64,000 bases of DNA from Malacoraja senta (Eukaryota): the NCBI GenBank assembly GCA_038087875.1, contig CM075988.1:22508001-22572000 (forward strand), written 5' to 3'. Position 1 is the first letter of the stretch. Each line of letters starts with the position of its first letter. Below are positions 12,601 through 26,024 of the stretch, piece by piece. Both the position numbers and the translations under genes were made by a program. The notes beneath the pieces are model-generated. The model was not told where the DNA came from, did not search any database, and was given only the letters and a program-made list of their open reading frames with translations.

Positions 12601-14716
12601 TCTGAGAGCATTGTATGATTATTACTCTACACTAAGTTCATGACATCAATACTTTCATCATTCCATTTGGCCCCTAGTGTCTGACTCATGGCCTGACTCT
12701 TTATTGAGGAATTGCAAGGTCTCACATTCATCAACCCAACCCTTCTATTGTTTTGCTCTCTGCAAATTCCAAAAGGAAAAATAAACACATGCTCAACATT
12801 TAATTTCAGTGTGAAGATTTTTCTCAGAGATCAAGCAGATACAAAATTAGTCTCCATCCCAACAAGAGAATAACAATTTGAAGCAAATCTTAGATTTAGG
12901 TTTATTATTGCCAAGTGTACAGAGGTACAGTGAAAAGCTTTGTTTTGCATGCTATCCAATTGGATCAGATAATAGTCTTTATAAATACAATCAAGTCAAA
13001 CTCAAGTACAATAGTTAGAGCAAAGGCAAAGATCATAAGATCGCAAGTGATGGGAGTAGAATTAGGTCAATCGGCCCAACAGGTCTACTCCACCATTCAA
13101 TCATGACAGATCCATCTCTCTCCTAACCCCATTCTACTGCCTTCACCCCATAACCTCTGACACCCGCAAAGATAAAGTGCAGAATATAGTTCTCGCATCT
13201 CCCAAAAGGCTGAGCATTGACTAATCGCAAAATACTTCACCCCTGCCATCTGGAAGAAGTCGGAAAACTGTAACGACCAGGTTCAGAATCAGTATCGTCC
13301 CAACAACTATCAGGCCAATGAACACTGCAAACTCCAACTAAAGTCCAAAATATATACTCCCTTGGTGACACTAGGGAATTTGGGCATGGTTTTGTTTTTG
13401 GGAATATTGCCCAGTGCTCTGTTTTACTGCTCGTAAGATTGCAACGCAGTTGCTCGAGCTGATGTCCATATTGGTTTTTAAAAATAATTTAATGTAGAGA
13501 CACAGCACGGAAACAGGCCATTGGCCAACCGAGTCCGCGCCGACGAGCGATCCCCGACATTAACACTATCCTACACACACTGGGGACAATTTACATTTAC
13601 ACCAAGCCAATTAACTTACAAACCTGTACATCTTTGGAGTGTGGGAGGAAACCGAAGATCTCGGAGAAAACCCATGCAGGTCACGGGGAGAACGCATAAA
13701 CTCCATACAGACAGCACCCTTGGTCAGAATCGAACCCGGGTCTCTGGCGCTGCAAGGCAGCAACTCTAACACTGAGCCACTGTGCTGCCCAACTTATTGA
13801 ACTTTTTTAATGTTTATTAAATTATCTATTGAGCATCATTTTTACACACCTGTTGTGCAGCTGCAATTAAGAACATTGACAGATTCCGTACAAATGGCAA
13901 TAAAATGCTCTCTTCACTCTCTAGTTATGGCTGCAATAGATGCTGTTCACCACAAACCTGACCAGTGAATATGGCCTGGTGCAGTCAACAGCAGTGGCAC
14001 CGAAGTCCACGTGACTTGTGTTTGAGGTGTGTACCTTTGTGCCACCATCAGCATTCTCAGAATCACCTTTCTAGGACGGCACGATGGCGCAGCAGTAGAG
14101 TTGCTGCCTAGCAGCATCAGAGACCCAGGTTCAATCCCGACTACCCCGGGTGCTGTCTGTACAGTTTGTACGTGACCGCGTGGGTTTTCTCCGGGTGCTC
14201 CTGTTTCCTCTCACACCCCAAAGATATACGGGTTCATTGGTTAATTGGCTTAGTAAATTTGTAAATTGTCCCTAGCATGTGTGTAGGATAGTGCTAAGTG
14301 TGCGGGGATCGCCGATCGGCATGAACTTGTTGGGCCGAAGGGCCTGCTTCCACGCTGTATCGCTAAACTAAACTATCATACACCAGTAAATAGAACTCCT
14401 CCTCTCATACACAGAACTCCTCCACATGTACATCAACAAGTTCCAAGAAACTCAACAGGTCATCCAATGTGTACATGGCAAAGTTTATATTTAAAGTTAG
14501 CCAGTAACAGCAGGAGATCCTTCATCCCAGAAGTTGGAGTTGATGGAGCAAAGCTTCCTGAAAACGTTTCCCATTAGACACAGCCCCTTAGTTGCTCTGC
14601 ATTCTTTGGTTTTAGCACTATCATGATCTAGGTTACTTCAGATAACTGATAGTTTATTATACATTTATTTTTCTTGTGGTTGTATTTTACGTGCCTGTAA
14701 AAGCCAAGGCAAGTAA

Positions 14717-14943
14717 AGGGCCTGTCCCACTTGGTGATTTTTACACCATCATATCAGTGTCGCCAAAAGATTTTGAACATTTCAAAATCCAGCGGCGGCA
14801 AAAAAAAACGTTGCGGCACTCGAAAAAACACAGCGCGTCAATACGTCATCACGCAGCGTCACGGCGCGACGTTTCGGTGGCCGGATACGTCAGTCAAAGA
14901 TGCTGGCAGACGCCGAAAAAAATCGCCAAGTGGGACAGGCCCT
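14717..14943. mobile_element. PIF/Harbinger-type MITE (family B)
   Basis: TIR AGGGCCTGTCCCAC; flanks TAA/TTA. Confidence 0.8.
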
Positions 14944-17152
14944 TTAAGATTATCTTCCCAGTTCATATCCAGTGGATAGGACAAATCAGCACTCTTGAAC
15001 TCTTGAGATAATGGTGAGATACAGGGGAACATAAAAGACAAGAGAGATCTGTTGACATACCATTCCTATCTGTAGCACGACTTCCCTGATGCAATATGCT
15101 GGTTTCAGCAAGAGTGCAGCTTACACCACCTCCTCGGGTTAAGCAAACCTTGGATTAACATGAAGACAACATGCATTACCCACACCACTGCGAAACAGAT
15201 TGTTGTCGACCTTGGCTTGTGATGCTTCCAATTTGACAGCAATACGAACTAACTAATTCCTGGGAGGAAGAGACAAGAGACTGCAGAGGTTGGAATCTTG
15301 AGTGATATACAAAGTGCTGGAGGAAGACAGCAGGTCGATAGACAATAGGTGCAGGAGTAGGCCATTCGGCCCTTCGAGCCAGCACCGCCATTCAATGTGA
15401 TCATGGCTGATCATCCCCAATCAGTACCCCGTTCCTGCCTTCTCCCCATATCCCGCTGAGTTTCTCCAGCATTTTTGTCTACCTTCGATTTTTCCAGCAT
15501 CTGCAGTTCTTTCTTAAACATTAATATGGTCAGTGGTACTTTACAGCACATTTCTTGTTCTGCTTTCTCTCAATATTTACTCATTATACTTTACCCACGA
15601 CCTCATTTCAAAGGAATGTTTCATCTCCACAGCTCTTCCTTCAGCCTGCACACAAAAAGTTTCTAAACCCAATCACACACATCCTGTCTTGCTCTATGCT
15701 GGCATTCTGTACTGATCAGTCTAGAATCTTTCTCTTTACACAAAAGGTCAGAACACACATTCTGGCAAGAAGTATCCAGACAAGTCTGCATCACCATCAC
15801 ATACCAAACTGGGGTCAATTAGATTAGTATAGAGAGTAGGTATATGATGATCGGCATGGATATGTTGGGCTGAAGGGCCCATTTCTGTGCTTTATAACTA
15901 TGACTAACTGCTTGGACGTTACAAGCATTTGCTAATTCCTGGGTCGGTTCAAAATTGCTGCACAACTGGGTTAGAGACCTGTTCTCTGAAAAAACAAATC
16001 TAAAGGCAATAAAAACTAAAATGCTGCAAAGACATTAAGATAAGCAAAAGACAAATCCTTCACCAATTTTTTTTCAAACATCACTTCATCCCAGTCAAAC
16101 ACACCCTCACCTAGAAATTCATAAGAAAAATATGTGTAGCAGGTTTTCAGCATGAAATCACACACAAAACATATTGAGGTGTATGGACCATTTAGAATAG
16201 AAATCTCACCCAACTAAAGAAATGGTGTTGTGCACATTGGATCGTGGACATCACTGCTCTGGTGTTTCATGCTTGATAGTGCCATTAATAGGTGTAGCAT
16301 GTGTTTCTGACTTAAAAGCACGCGGTTAAAACCAAAAAGCTTTGTTGTCAAGTCTCGATAGAACACGAGGAAAAAAAATTCAGGATTCCTACATGCATTA
16401 AAAGGCTCATCTGAGACGTCCATTTTATTTTCAATGAGCCTCCTGCATTCGCTTAACTATCACTTCCTTTCTGTGTACAGACATCACTAATGAAGATCGC
16501 AGGTTCTTGCGAGCTGTGACCCGTTTGTTGCGGCATTAGCGGCGTGATCAGTACAGGAGGACGTTTATGAACGATGCACTGAAGCTCAATGCAGCCACCA
16601 CAAAGGTGTAGAAATGAACTGCAGATGTTGGTATCTACCAACGCTAGACTGGATGGATCGTGCTGGAGTAACCCAGCGGGTCAGGCAGCATCCCCGGAGA
16701 AAAAGTATGTGAGACATTTCGGCTCGGGACCCTTCTTCAGACTCTTCGGATCTGGACCCTAGGGAAGGAGCCGAGGACTTGTTGCCTCAGGGCACCAAGG
16801 GACCAGGCTCTGTGTGACAGCCACTCGAACATTTCAATGGGCGCAGTGTTAATGGAGGAAATGTGAGCAAGAGGAAGTAATGAAGATGGAAAAAGTGCAT
16901 GGATTGCATTTGCTGTATAAGTCCTATATGAACCTTGTTATTAAGAATTAAAAAATTAATATGAATAAAGCATTTTTTTTTTTTAAGTGATCTAATTACA
17001 ACATTAGGTCCGTGTCGACATTTCCCCACCACAGGGAACCCCATTACTGACACTGTGACACTAATCTTTGACCCCCAGTGCCTCATTTTCCCATTTATTA
17101 TATTGTTTACCGTATACTATGTTTCCATATTCTGTTGTGCTACTGCAAGTAA

Positions 17153-17391
17153 AGGGCCTGTCCCACTTACGTGATTTGTTCGGCGACTTGCCGGCACGCG
17201 TCATAGTTGCACAGCAGGTTGCCGAAAATTTTCAACATGTTGAAACTTGTCGCAGGGTGACGCCCGTTTGGTGGTGAGTAGTCGCCCAAAGAGTCGCTCC
17301 TTTTTCTGGTCGCCACTGGATTTTCAACATTTGAAAATCCTGCTGCGACTATGACTGGTGCTGGCAAATCGCCGAGAAAAAAATTGCGTAA
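17153..17391. mobile_element. PIF/Harbinger-type MITE (family C), right TIR lost
   Basis: TAA plus left TIR; interior matches 58321-58666. Confidence 0.7.
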
Positions 17392-17880
17392 ATTGCTTAA
17401 GAATTTCATTTTTCTATCTGGGGCATACAACAATAAAACACTCCTGACTCAATTGCCCCCCCATCCCCCCTCACACCATCTACTTTCTACTCACCCCACT
17501 GCCCCTTCTCACCCTTATCCTTTTTGTCCAGAGTTGCACTTTGCGTCTATCTTCGGTACACACCAGCATCTACAGTTCCTTCCTGCACGTTTTGTTTGCT
17601 CCAACAGATATTCATCTGCGTTACAGTTGCCTGATAAGCTCAGTGAGGAGCATGTGGCCATGTCATGGGAATTGTTGCACCATTTTCAGTAGGTGATGAA
17701 AGGAAAATGTAGGTAAAAGGGAAAACTTCCAATTGTAACACAGTTTACATAACCTCAGGGTGCACAACAGCATTTTACAGCCAATTAACATCTTTTGAAG
17801 TGTGGTCGGTCGCAGTAATATGCAGCAATGTAATAACAAATGGCTCGTAGGGATTCCATTGTCGGTGGAGCGGAGATTTA

Positions 17881-18579
17881 AGGCCCTGTCCCACTGTGCG
17901 AGGTAATTCAAGAGTTCTCCTGAGTTCTCCCCTGATTCGAGCTCGTGTAATAGACAATAGACAATAGGTGGAGTAGGCCATTTGGCCCTTCGAACCAGCA
18001 CCGCCATTCAATGTGATCATGGCTGATCATCCCCACTCAGTACCCCGTTCCTGCCTTCTCCCCATATCCCCCGACTCCGCTATCTTTAAGAGCCCTATCT
18101 AGCTCTCTCTTGAAAGCATCCAGAGAACCTGCCTCCACCGCCCTCTGAGGCAGAGAATTCCACAGACTCACCACTCTCTGTGAGAAAAAGTGTTTCCTCA
18201 TCTCCGTTCTAAATGGCTTACCCCTTATTATTAAACGGTGGCCCCTGGTTCTGGACTCTCCCAACATCGGGAACATGTTTCCTGCCTCTAGCGTGTCCAA
18301 GCCCTTAACAATCTTATATGTTTAAATGTACGTAGCGGGAACGTAGGAGCTCGTGGATGTCACGTAGCGGCTCGTACGAGTAACGGTAGGTACTCGGGAA
18401 ATCCGGTAAACTCGTGACGTTATTTCAACACTGTGAAAAATGTCCACGAGTAAAAAACCTCATGATGAAAAAAATGGTTACTTTTTACTCGTACGAGCCC
18501 CTACGTACATTACACGAGCTCAAATCAGGGGAGAACTCGGGAGAACTCTTAAATTACCTCGTACAGTGGGACAGGCCCT
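17881..18579. mobile_element. PIF/Harbinger-type MITE (A-related) interrupted by a CR1 3' fragment
   Basis: TIRs at both ends, TTA/TTA; CR1 at about 17952-18327. Confidence 0.82.
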
Positions 18580-21500
18580 TTACAGACCACACCGGAGCCA
18601 ACACGTTTCAAAGACACCACTACCCAAACTGCGATCATGAGCTTCCAGCACAACCTCCGATTTCAAGGACACATTCTACCATTGGTAATGAGCAGAGAGA
18701 TCTGCAGATTTAATGATTTGTAAAGTATAATTCTGGATGAAACAGGTTCCGCTGGCATATTCCGCTGCAAATACACACAACCGCTTGTGGCTGAAGGCAA
18801 CTTCTCAGATTTAATGCTCCTGCGTTAGTTAACATTATTCTCGCTTTTTAACCTTGTTTCAAAACATGGTAAAAAGGGGGATTGGCGGAGGAGATTCAAA
18901 AAGTAAATTCCAACAGCAAAGGAAGGAGCAAGTACAAATCTAAAGTGAGAATTGCCAGGCAGCTACTCAAAATGCCCCAGAATTTTTCCACATTAAACCT
19001 CTCTGCACTCTCTTTGCTCCATCTCCCAATGCCACAACCTTCCACAAGAATGGAAAGGGATTCAATTTCATAGTACTCTTCACCTTCATTTTACTTCCAA
19101 AAACATAACTACTAAGTGTCTTTGAATGACGACATTGCTGTAATTTAGAGAACATAACAGCCAATTTGTGCGCAGTGATATGTCACAAATCAACCAACAA
19201 CCAGTGATGCCTGATCCACAGAGTTACTCCAGCTTTTTGTGGCGAACTTCGGTTCAAACCAGTTTAAGTCATATTTATTGTCACATGCACCAATTGGTAC
19301 AGTGAAATTTGAGTTACCATACAGCCATACGAATAAAAACACAATACATGATAGAGTTTAACATAAACATCCACCACAGTGGAATCAACATTTCTCACTG
19401 TGATGGAAGGCAATAAAGTTCACTCATTTTCCTCTTTGTTCACCCGTGGTCGGAGCCTTGAACCCTCCGCAGTCGCTGCTACGGACGGCCCGATATACAG
19501 GCCCTCTCGCCGGGATGATCAAAACCCCGGCATCGGAACGGAGGAACACACTCTGCGGCTTGGAGTTTCCGAATCGGCTGCTTCTTACCGGAGACCGCGG
19601 CTTCCGAAGTCCACAGGCCTTGCTGGACGGAGCTGCAACACTGGCGAATTTCGGCAAAAGATCCCAGGCCTCCGCCATGTTAAAGTCAGCGTTTGCAGTT
19701 CCATTCTACACAGAGCCATGGATCTATACTACATGGAAACAGGCTTTTCGGCCCAACTTATTCATGCCAACCAAACTGGAATTCTGGGCACGTCTCATTT
19801 GCCTGCATTTGGCTCAAAGATGCCTCGTAACCTTTCCCATCCATTGATCTGTCCAAATGTCTTTTCAAAGCCAATTGTATCCGTTTCCATAAGCATGTTA
19901 TTATCTGATGTTGATTTGAGGATATGATTTTGACCAAGCTGCCAAAAATAATGTGTTCACTCATCTTGACATTAATGCTGCAGGAATTTCTACATCTGCT
20001 TGCAAGAGTAGACAAGGTGTCTGGCATTGCAGCACTCTCCTAATACGGCACTAGACAGCCAGCCTGCTCTTGTCCACCAAGTCTTTTGAGTTCATAATTG
20101 AAAGGTGGCATAATTGTGGACATTGACCCTCATCCCACCGTCAAATGGCAAACAGCCATCATTGCTAAGGTAGCAACAAAAAGTCAACTTCAGTATGCTG
20201 AGCTAAACAACCTCAAGAAAATTAAACTAAAATTAAATTCTATTTAGTAGAAACAAGGAACTGCAGATGCTGGTTTATACGGAAGATGGGACATGTTGGT
20301 CAGTGTGGGCCAGTTGGGCCGAAGAGCCCGTTTCAACACTGTGTGACTCTAAATCAATGTGCAAGCATCAACAGAAGGCCGACGCAATCATTTGCACGAC
20401 TCAAAATGAAACTATATCGGCAGAATGTGGCACATATGTTGACTAGAGGGTAGCGTGTTCCAGCACTGGAAGTCACAAAGCAGAAGGACAATCAATTTAC
20501 AACAGTGTTGTGTGCGACAGCTGTGTGCAGTCTCTGTGGAAAATCACTCGGCTTTCTTACGGACAAGGAACAAAATGTCCTCTTCATTATAAAGCACTGA
20601 AAATAGCTCGTTATGCAACCAATTTCACGAGATCCTTGTTGAGGGAACCTCCACGTCTTCGCAGGCACTCAGCTCGAGCAAACCAATACAAATGCAACTT
20701 GAGCAGTTGGGTGTCAGGGGTTATGGGGAGAAGGCAGGAGAATGGGGCTGAGAGGGAAAGATAGATCAGCCATGATTGAATAGCCGTGATTGGAGTAACA
20801 CTCGATGGGCCGAATGGCCTAATTCTGTTCAAGTGACATGAGCTTCCTCATTGTGAATTTATTGTCTGAAACCCAGAGTCTTAGCGTGGATGATGGCAAC
20901 TACAATAGCGACTACTCACGACCATACGTGTCAAATGTATTGGAGCACATTGAGATTCAGTCCAGAAACAGTTCCCAACCCACCTGCAACTAAATCTGTT
21001 GCTTAAATTCCAATGAGCTGAACACACTGGTGTAATGTAGGTAACACAGCAGCCAATGAGCTGAACATTAGTAGTTTATTATGGATATATGTTTGTATTG
21101 TATTATGGTGGTGGGTTCTGGCTTGCTTTATTGTAGTGTAAATATTATTTTTTAATAATTGAATACATTTTTTGATTACATTTAAAAAAAAAAAATTTTA
21201 TGAGCTGAACATGCTGGTGTAATGTAGGTAACACAGCAGCCAATGGCCAACACTATTTAATGACCAAATGATTTGCATCTTCACCAATGTTGCTGTGGGA
21301 TGAACATTGGCCGGGGCTCAAGATGTAACCAAGACGCCTCCTCAAACCAACCGAACAAATATTAGTCCTTGATCAGCTTGTCACGATGTTTTGACACAGA
21401 TTTAGATTTCTGCAGAGTGAAAGCCAAACCAGTTCCACCTTGGACAGTATTTCGCAGAATTCTGGAAAAAAACACTGAACCGTTCTTCTGAAAATTCAGT

Positions 21501-21718
21501 TCCTCAGCAGTTTCCACCACATCAGTCACGAGCAACAAATCCATAAGCACCAACTCCTGCCAAACTCAGTTCTTTCGCATCTCAAATAGCCATAAAACAA
21601 CCCAAAACAGTTCCCAACACATCTGTAACTATTGCTGTTGCTTAAATTCCATCACCGACGCAATTTTATTTTTTTAACCAAAGAATTAACCTCAAACCCA
21701 ATTTCAACCCAGCAGTAA

Positions 21719-22368
21719 AGGCCCTGTCCCACATACGTGTCCTTGGCACGCAAATTACGCGATCTCGTCGTCACGTTGAGGCGCATGGGCATCGTGTGGC
21801 CGCGCGGGGCCGGTCCCACTGAGAAGCGCGGAGGGGTATGTAGTTGTGCGCGGCATCGCGCGGGGCTCCGAAATTTTTGTAGCGAACGAAATCTTCGCGC
21901 GCCAACGGCCTGTCGCGTAACTGACGGCCAAAGTGGGACAGGCCCAAGACCCTGGCGCGACGCAACGTCTCACCTCCAACAGCAGCAGAAGCAGGCAAAC
22001 GATCGCCGAGCTCGGCCTGGGGCTCACGGCCGTTGCGGATCCGGATCCGGCCCCACTCCTACTCCCAGAGCGGGGCCAAGAAAATTGAAGATGGACACAA
22101 AATGCTGGAGTAACTCAGCGGGACCGGCAGCATCTCTGGAGAGAAGCAATGGGTGACATTTCGGGTCAAGACCCTTCTTTCAGACTGAAGAAGAGTCTTG
22201 ACCCGAAACATCACCCATTGCTTATCTCCAGAGATGCTGCCGGTCCCGCTGAGTTACTCCAGCATTTTGTGTCCATCTTCAAATGACGTCACGCGCTCCA
22301 GACGGTTGTGCGGGCGAATGAAGGTCGCGTAATTAGCGTGCCAAGGACACGTAAGTGGGACAGGGGCC
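21719..22368. mobile_element. Composite PIF/Harbinger-type MITE (family D)
   Basis: TIRs with subterminal IR (acgtgtccttggcacgc), TAA/TAA, extra internal TIR near 21933, internal palindrome. Confidence 0.8.
22085..22282. repeat. Near-perfect ~198-bp palindrome of the Penelope-derived repeat
   Basis: Left and right arms are reverse complements centred near 22183. Confidence 0.92.
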
Positions 22369-23782
22369 TAAGGCATTTCTGTAGTCTCCAAGAATCTCCT
22401 CCACTCTCAAATGAAAACAATAATATTTTAAAGACACACACAAAATGCTGGAGCAACTCAGTGCGTCAGGCAGCCGCGCTGGAGAAAAAGAATAGGTGAC
22501 ATATTGGGTCAGAGCCCTTCTTCAGAGTGTGAATGTTGGTATTCTATCTGCCTCCACTACTTCCTCTGGCTGCTCATTCCATGCGCCCACCACCTTTATC
22601 TCTGCATCTCAAGAGCTATCCACTGAAGAGCATTCTCCTTCTTCTGACCAAACCTGCACATCAGAACCTGAAGAAGGGTTCAGACCCAAAACGTCTCCTC
22701 GTCCTTTTCTCCAGAGATGCTGCCTGACACATTGAGTTACTCCAGCATTTTGTGTCTATCTTCTGTGCAAACCAGCATCGGCAGTTCCTTCCCATATATT
22801 TTAAGATCTCAGCTCCCATCAGGAGAATTGATCTGCAAACCCAGTCTGATGCAGATGAAAAATGTCTGCAAAATTCCAGAGATAATGCCAAAACAAATAA
22901 ATGACATACTTTGAGCTTTACAATCCAGTATCATCAAGTCTGGAGGCACATTGAGCAACTGTGATCAACAGGGTAGCAGGCAAAGTGGCCAGACTCACCA
23001 AACAAGCAAGACTCTTGCTCAAAAATTATATGGGAAGTGAACAGTGAGCACCAGGCCAATTGTTCTGTTAATAGTGTGCTATGGAGAGATGCAATACCAA
23101 TGGGCAGATTGTCAAACATAATAACTTGAAGCAAAGCCACCCACAAACTTTCTTAAACTTTAGACTTTAGAGATACTGCATGGAAACAGGCCCTTCGGCC
23201 CACCGAGTCCGCGCCGAAAAGTGGTCTCCATGTACAGTAACACCATCCTATGCAATTGGGACAATTTTACAGCTTACTGAAGCCAATTAACCTACAAACC
23301 TGTACGTCTTCGGAAAGTGGGAGGAAACCAGAGCACCCGGAGAAAAGCCACACGGTCACAGGGAGAACGTCCACATTTTTTATACAGTCAGCATCCGTAG
23401 TTAGGATCCAACCCAGGTCTCTGCCGCAGTGAGGCAGCAACTCTGCCGCTGTGCCAAATATTTCACCTATGATGGAACGGCCAATACTTAAACAAGTGAA
23501 CATTCCAACTTGTTGCAATGAAAATTAACAAAGAGCTGGTCAACAGTGAGCTGCAGCAGGATTGGGACAAGATTCATGCCAGTCTAGTTAGAAGATAAAA
23601 TTCACAGCACACTAATCCGAAGTACAGTAAAAAGCTTTTGTTGCATGCTAACCAGTCAGCGGAAAGACAATACATGATTACATTCAAGTCGACCACAATT
23701 TACAAATACAGGATAAAAGGAATGATGTTTAGTGGAAGATAAAGTACAGTATAGTCCGATTTATAGTCCAGTATAGTCTGAT

Positions 23783-24100
23783 TTAAACCTCCACTGCATT
23801 GTGGCCATATCCAGTCATGGAAAAGGCTCCAGGAGTAAACCTCAAGAAAATCCAGAGTCGGAGCCCCTAAGGCAGTTCGTCGTTGTCTGCAACCTCGCTC
23901 TGACAGCTCCTGCGACGGCGCTGGTGCCAAACTGTAACGGCCCTGCTGTTCCTTTGGATTGATCAGCGACGTGGAGAGGGGGGGGACGTGCTGCATGGGC
24001 AACAGCCTGTCCTCCATATGACATCGCCCAGGCTTGCATCCGACCAGGATGCATCACCCATGGTCAGTCATGACCGAGGGGGGGGGGGGGGAACTACTAC
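23783..24100 (+). mobile_element. Short non-autonomous retroelement, possibly RTE-derived
   Basis: 9-bp duplication tagtctgat at 23774-23782 and 24101-24109; (ACT)n tail. Confidence 0.5.
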
Positions 24101-24222
24101 TAGTCTGATCAAAGATAGTCCGAGATTCTCCAATGAGGTAGATTGTAGCTCGGACTGCTCTGTAGCTGTTGGTAGGCTGGTTCAGTGGCCAGTAGGGAAG
24201 AAACTGAACGGATCTGGATGTG

Positions 24223-24422
24223 NNNNNNNNNNNNNNNNNNNNNNNNNNNNNNNNNNNNNNNNNNNNNNNNNNNNNNNNNNNNNNNNNNNNNNNNNNNNNN
24301 NNNNNNNNNNNNNNNNNNNNNNNNNNNNNNNNNNNNNNNNNNNNNNNNNNNNNNNNNNNNNNNNNNNNNNNNNNNNNNNNNNNNNNNNNNNNNNNNNNNN
24401 NNNNNNNNNNNNNNNNNNNNNN
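24223..24422. other. Assembly gap (200 N)
   Basis: Run of exactly 200 N. Confidence 1.
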
Positions 24423-24619
24423 GTTCTGTGGGGAGGAGCGGGCAGGGACACTGGGTCTGCCAGGGTGGTCCTGTTTGTGGATTATGGGAAGGATTAAATT
24501 CAATTAAATGACAATATGTTAGTGAACCAAACGTGTATGTATTTTGAACCTATTATGTTTATTCACCACGTTTTGTGCCGCTACATTCCTCCTCATCTCC
24601 TTTCTAAAGGTACATCCTA

Positions 24620-25425
24620 TTAGACAATAGACAATAGGTGCAGGAGCAGGCCATTTGGCCCTTCGAGCCAGCACCGCCATTCAATGTGATCATGGCTGAT
24701 CATCCCCAATCAGTACCCGTTCCTGCCTTCTCCGCATATCCCCTGACACCGCTATTTTTAAGAGCCCTATCTAGCTCTCTCTTGAAAGCATCCAGAGAAC
24801 CCGCCTCCACCGCCCTCTGAGGCAGAGAATTCCACAGACTCACCACTCTCTGTGAGAAAAAGTGTTTCCTCGTCTCCTTTCTAAATGGCTTACTCCTTAT
24901 TCTTAAACTGTGGCCCCTGGTTCTGGACTCCCCCAACATCGGGAACATGTTTCCTGCCTCTAGTGTGTCCAAGCCCTTAACAAACTTATATGTTTCAATG
25001 AGATCTCCTCTCATCCTTCTAAACTCCAGAGTGTACAAGCCCAGCTGCTCCATTCTCTCAGCATATGACAGTCCCGCCATCCCGGGAATTAACCTTGTAA
25101 ACCTACGCTGCACTCCCTCAATAGCAAGAATGTCCTTCCTCAAATTAGGGGACCAAAACTGCACACAATACTCCAGGTGTGGTCTCACTAGGGCTCTGTA
25201 CAACTGCAGAAGGACCTCTTTGCTCCCATATTCGATTCCTCTTGTTATAAAGGCCAACATGCCATTCGCTTTCTTCACTGCCTGCTGTACCTGCATGCTT
25301 ACTGTCATAGACTGATGTACAAGGACCCCCAGAACCCGTTGTACTTCCCCTTTTCCCAACTTGACACCATTTAGATAGTAATCTGCCTTCCTGTTTTTGC
25401 TACCAAAGTGGATAACCTCACATTC
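24620..25425 (-). mobile_element. CR1 LINE 3' fragment
   Basis: RT C-terminus (LVRPHLEYCVQFWSP...RTRGHSL) and (TATTGTC)n tail. Confidence 0.92.
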
Positions 25426-25856
25426 TGAAGCAATGACAGTTAAAAAGAGGCAGTTAAAAGATTTGCATCAACAATTGAAATACAAAGCACTAACATGGGC
25501 GACTATTAGCGTGTTGTCCAGAGAAGCAGATCTACAATTACATATTACAAGCGTTCCACACTCTTGAATCCCTACTATGATCTTCTTAATCTCCTCTATT
25601 CCCTTATCATGTATCTGTACACTGTAAATAGTGTAGCTCGATTGCAATCAGGTATAGACTTTCCACTGGCTTTTGCTAGCACGCAACAAAACTTTCCCAC
25701 TGTACTTTGGAACCCGTGACAATAAACTAAACTGAACTGAACCTTTTAACTTGGTGCAGTGCCGCACGGCAGAATGACTAAAATTTGACTTTGAGACAAA
25801 CAAGGATGATCTGGAGAGGTGGTTCTGATCTCGGTGGAACAACCAGCTTTACTCAC

Positions 25857-25970
25857 AAGGAAAGATCCGAATAGTGCTATGGAGGACAAAAAGTGCCAAA
25901 TGTCATGATCGTCAAAGAATTCGAGCAGGATGCAGTCTCTGTTGTGCTCCCGGGATTCTGCTGGCGTTTT
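25857..25970 (-). CDS. SIDT2: SIDT2 penultimate coding exon (HxxxH zinc motif, HDIWH)
   Basis: 114 bp, gtgaag/gtgagt: [38 protein letters not shown]. Ends at a donor with no stop codon. Confidence 0.97.
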
Positions 25971-26024
25971 CTTCACATTGGGAAAGAAAGCAGACGTTTA
26001 TTCGGAATGTTAAATGAACCGTTA

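Noticed and set aside
21740..22080. CpG-rich segment as the PCSK7 promoter island
   Set aside because: It lies within a TIR-bounded MITE, which explains the CpG content.
22917..22942. LDDTGL* on the minus strand as the SIDT2 terminal exon
   Set aside because: Wrong phase after the AG and no match to LLTLDDDLD...VF.
23988..24511. ORFs spanning runs of X
   Set aside because: Artefacts of the N gap.
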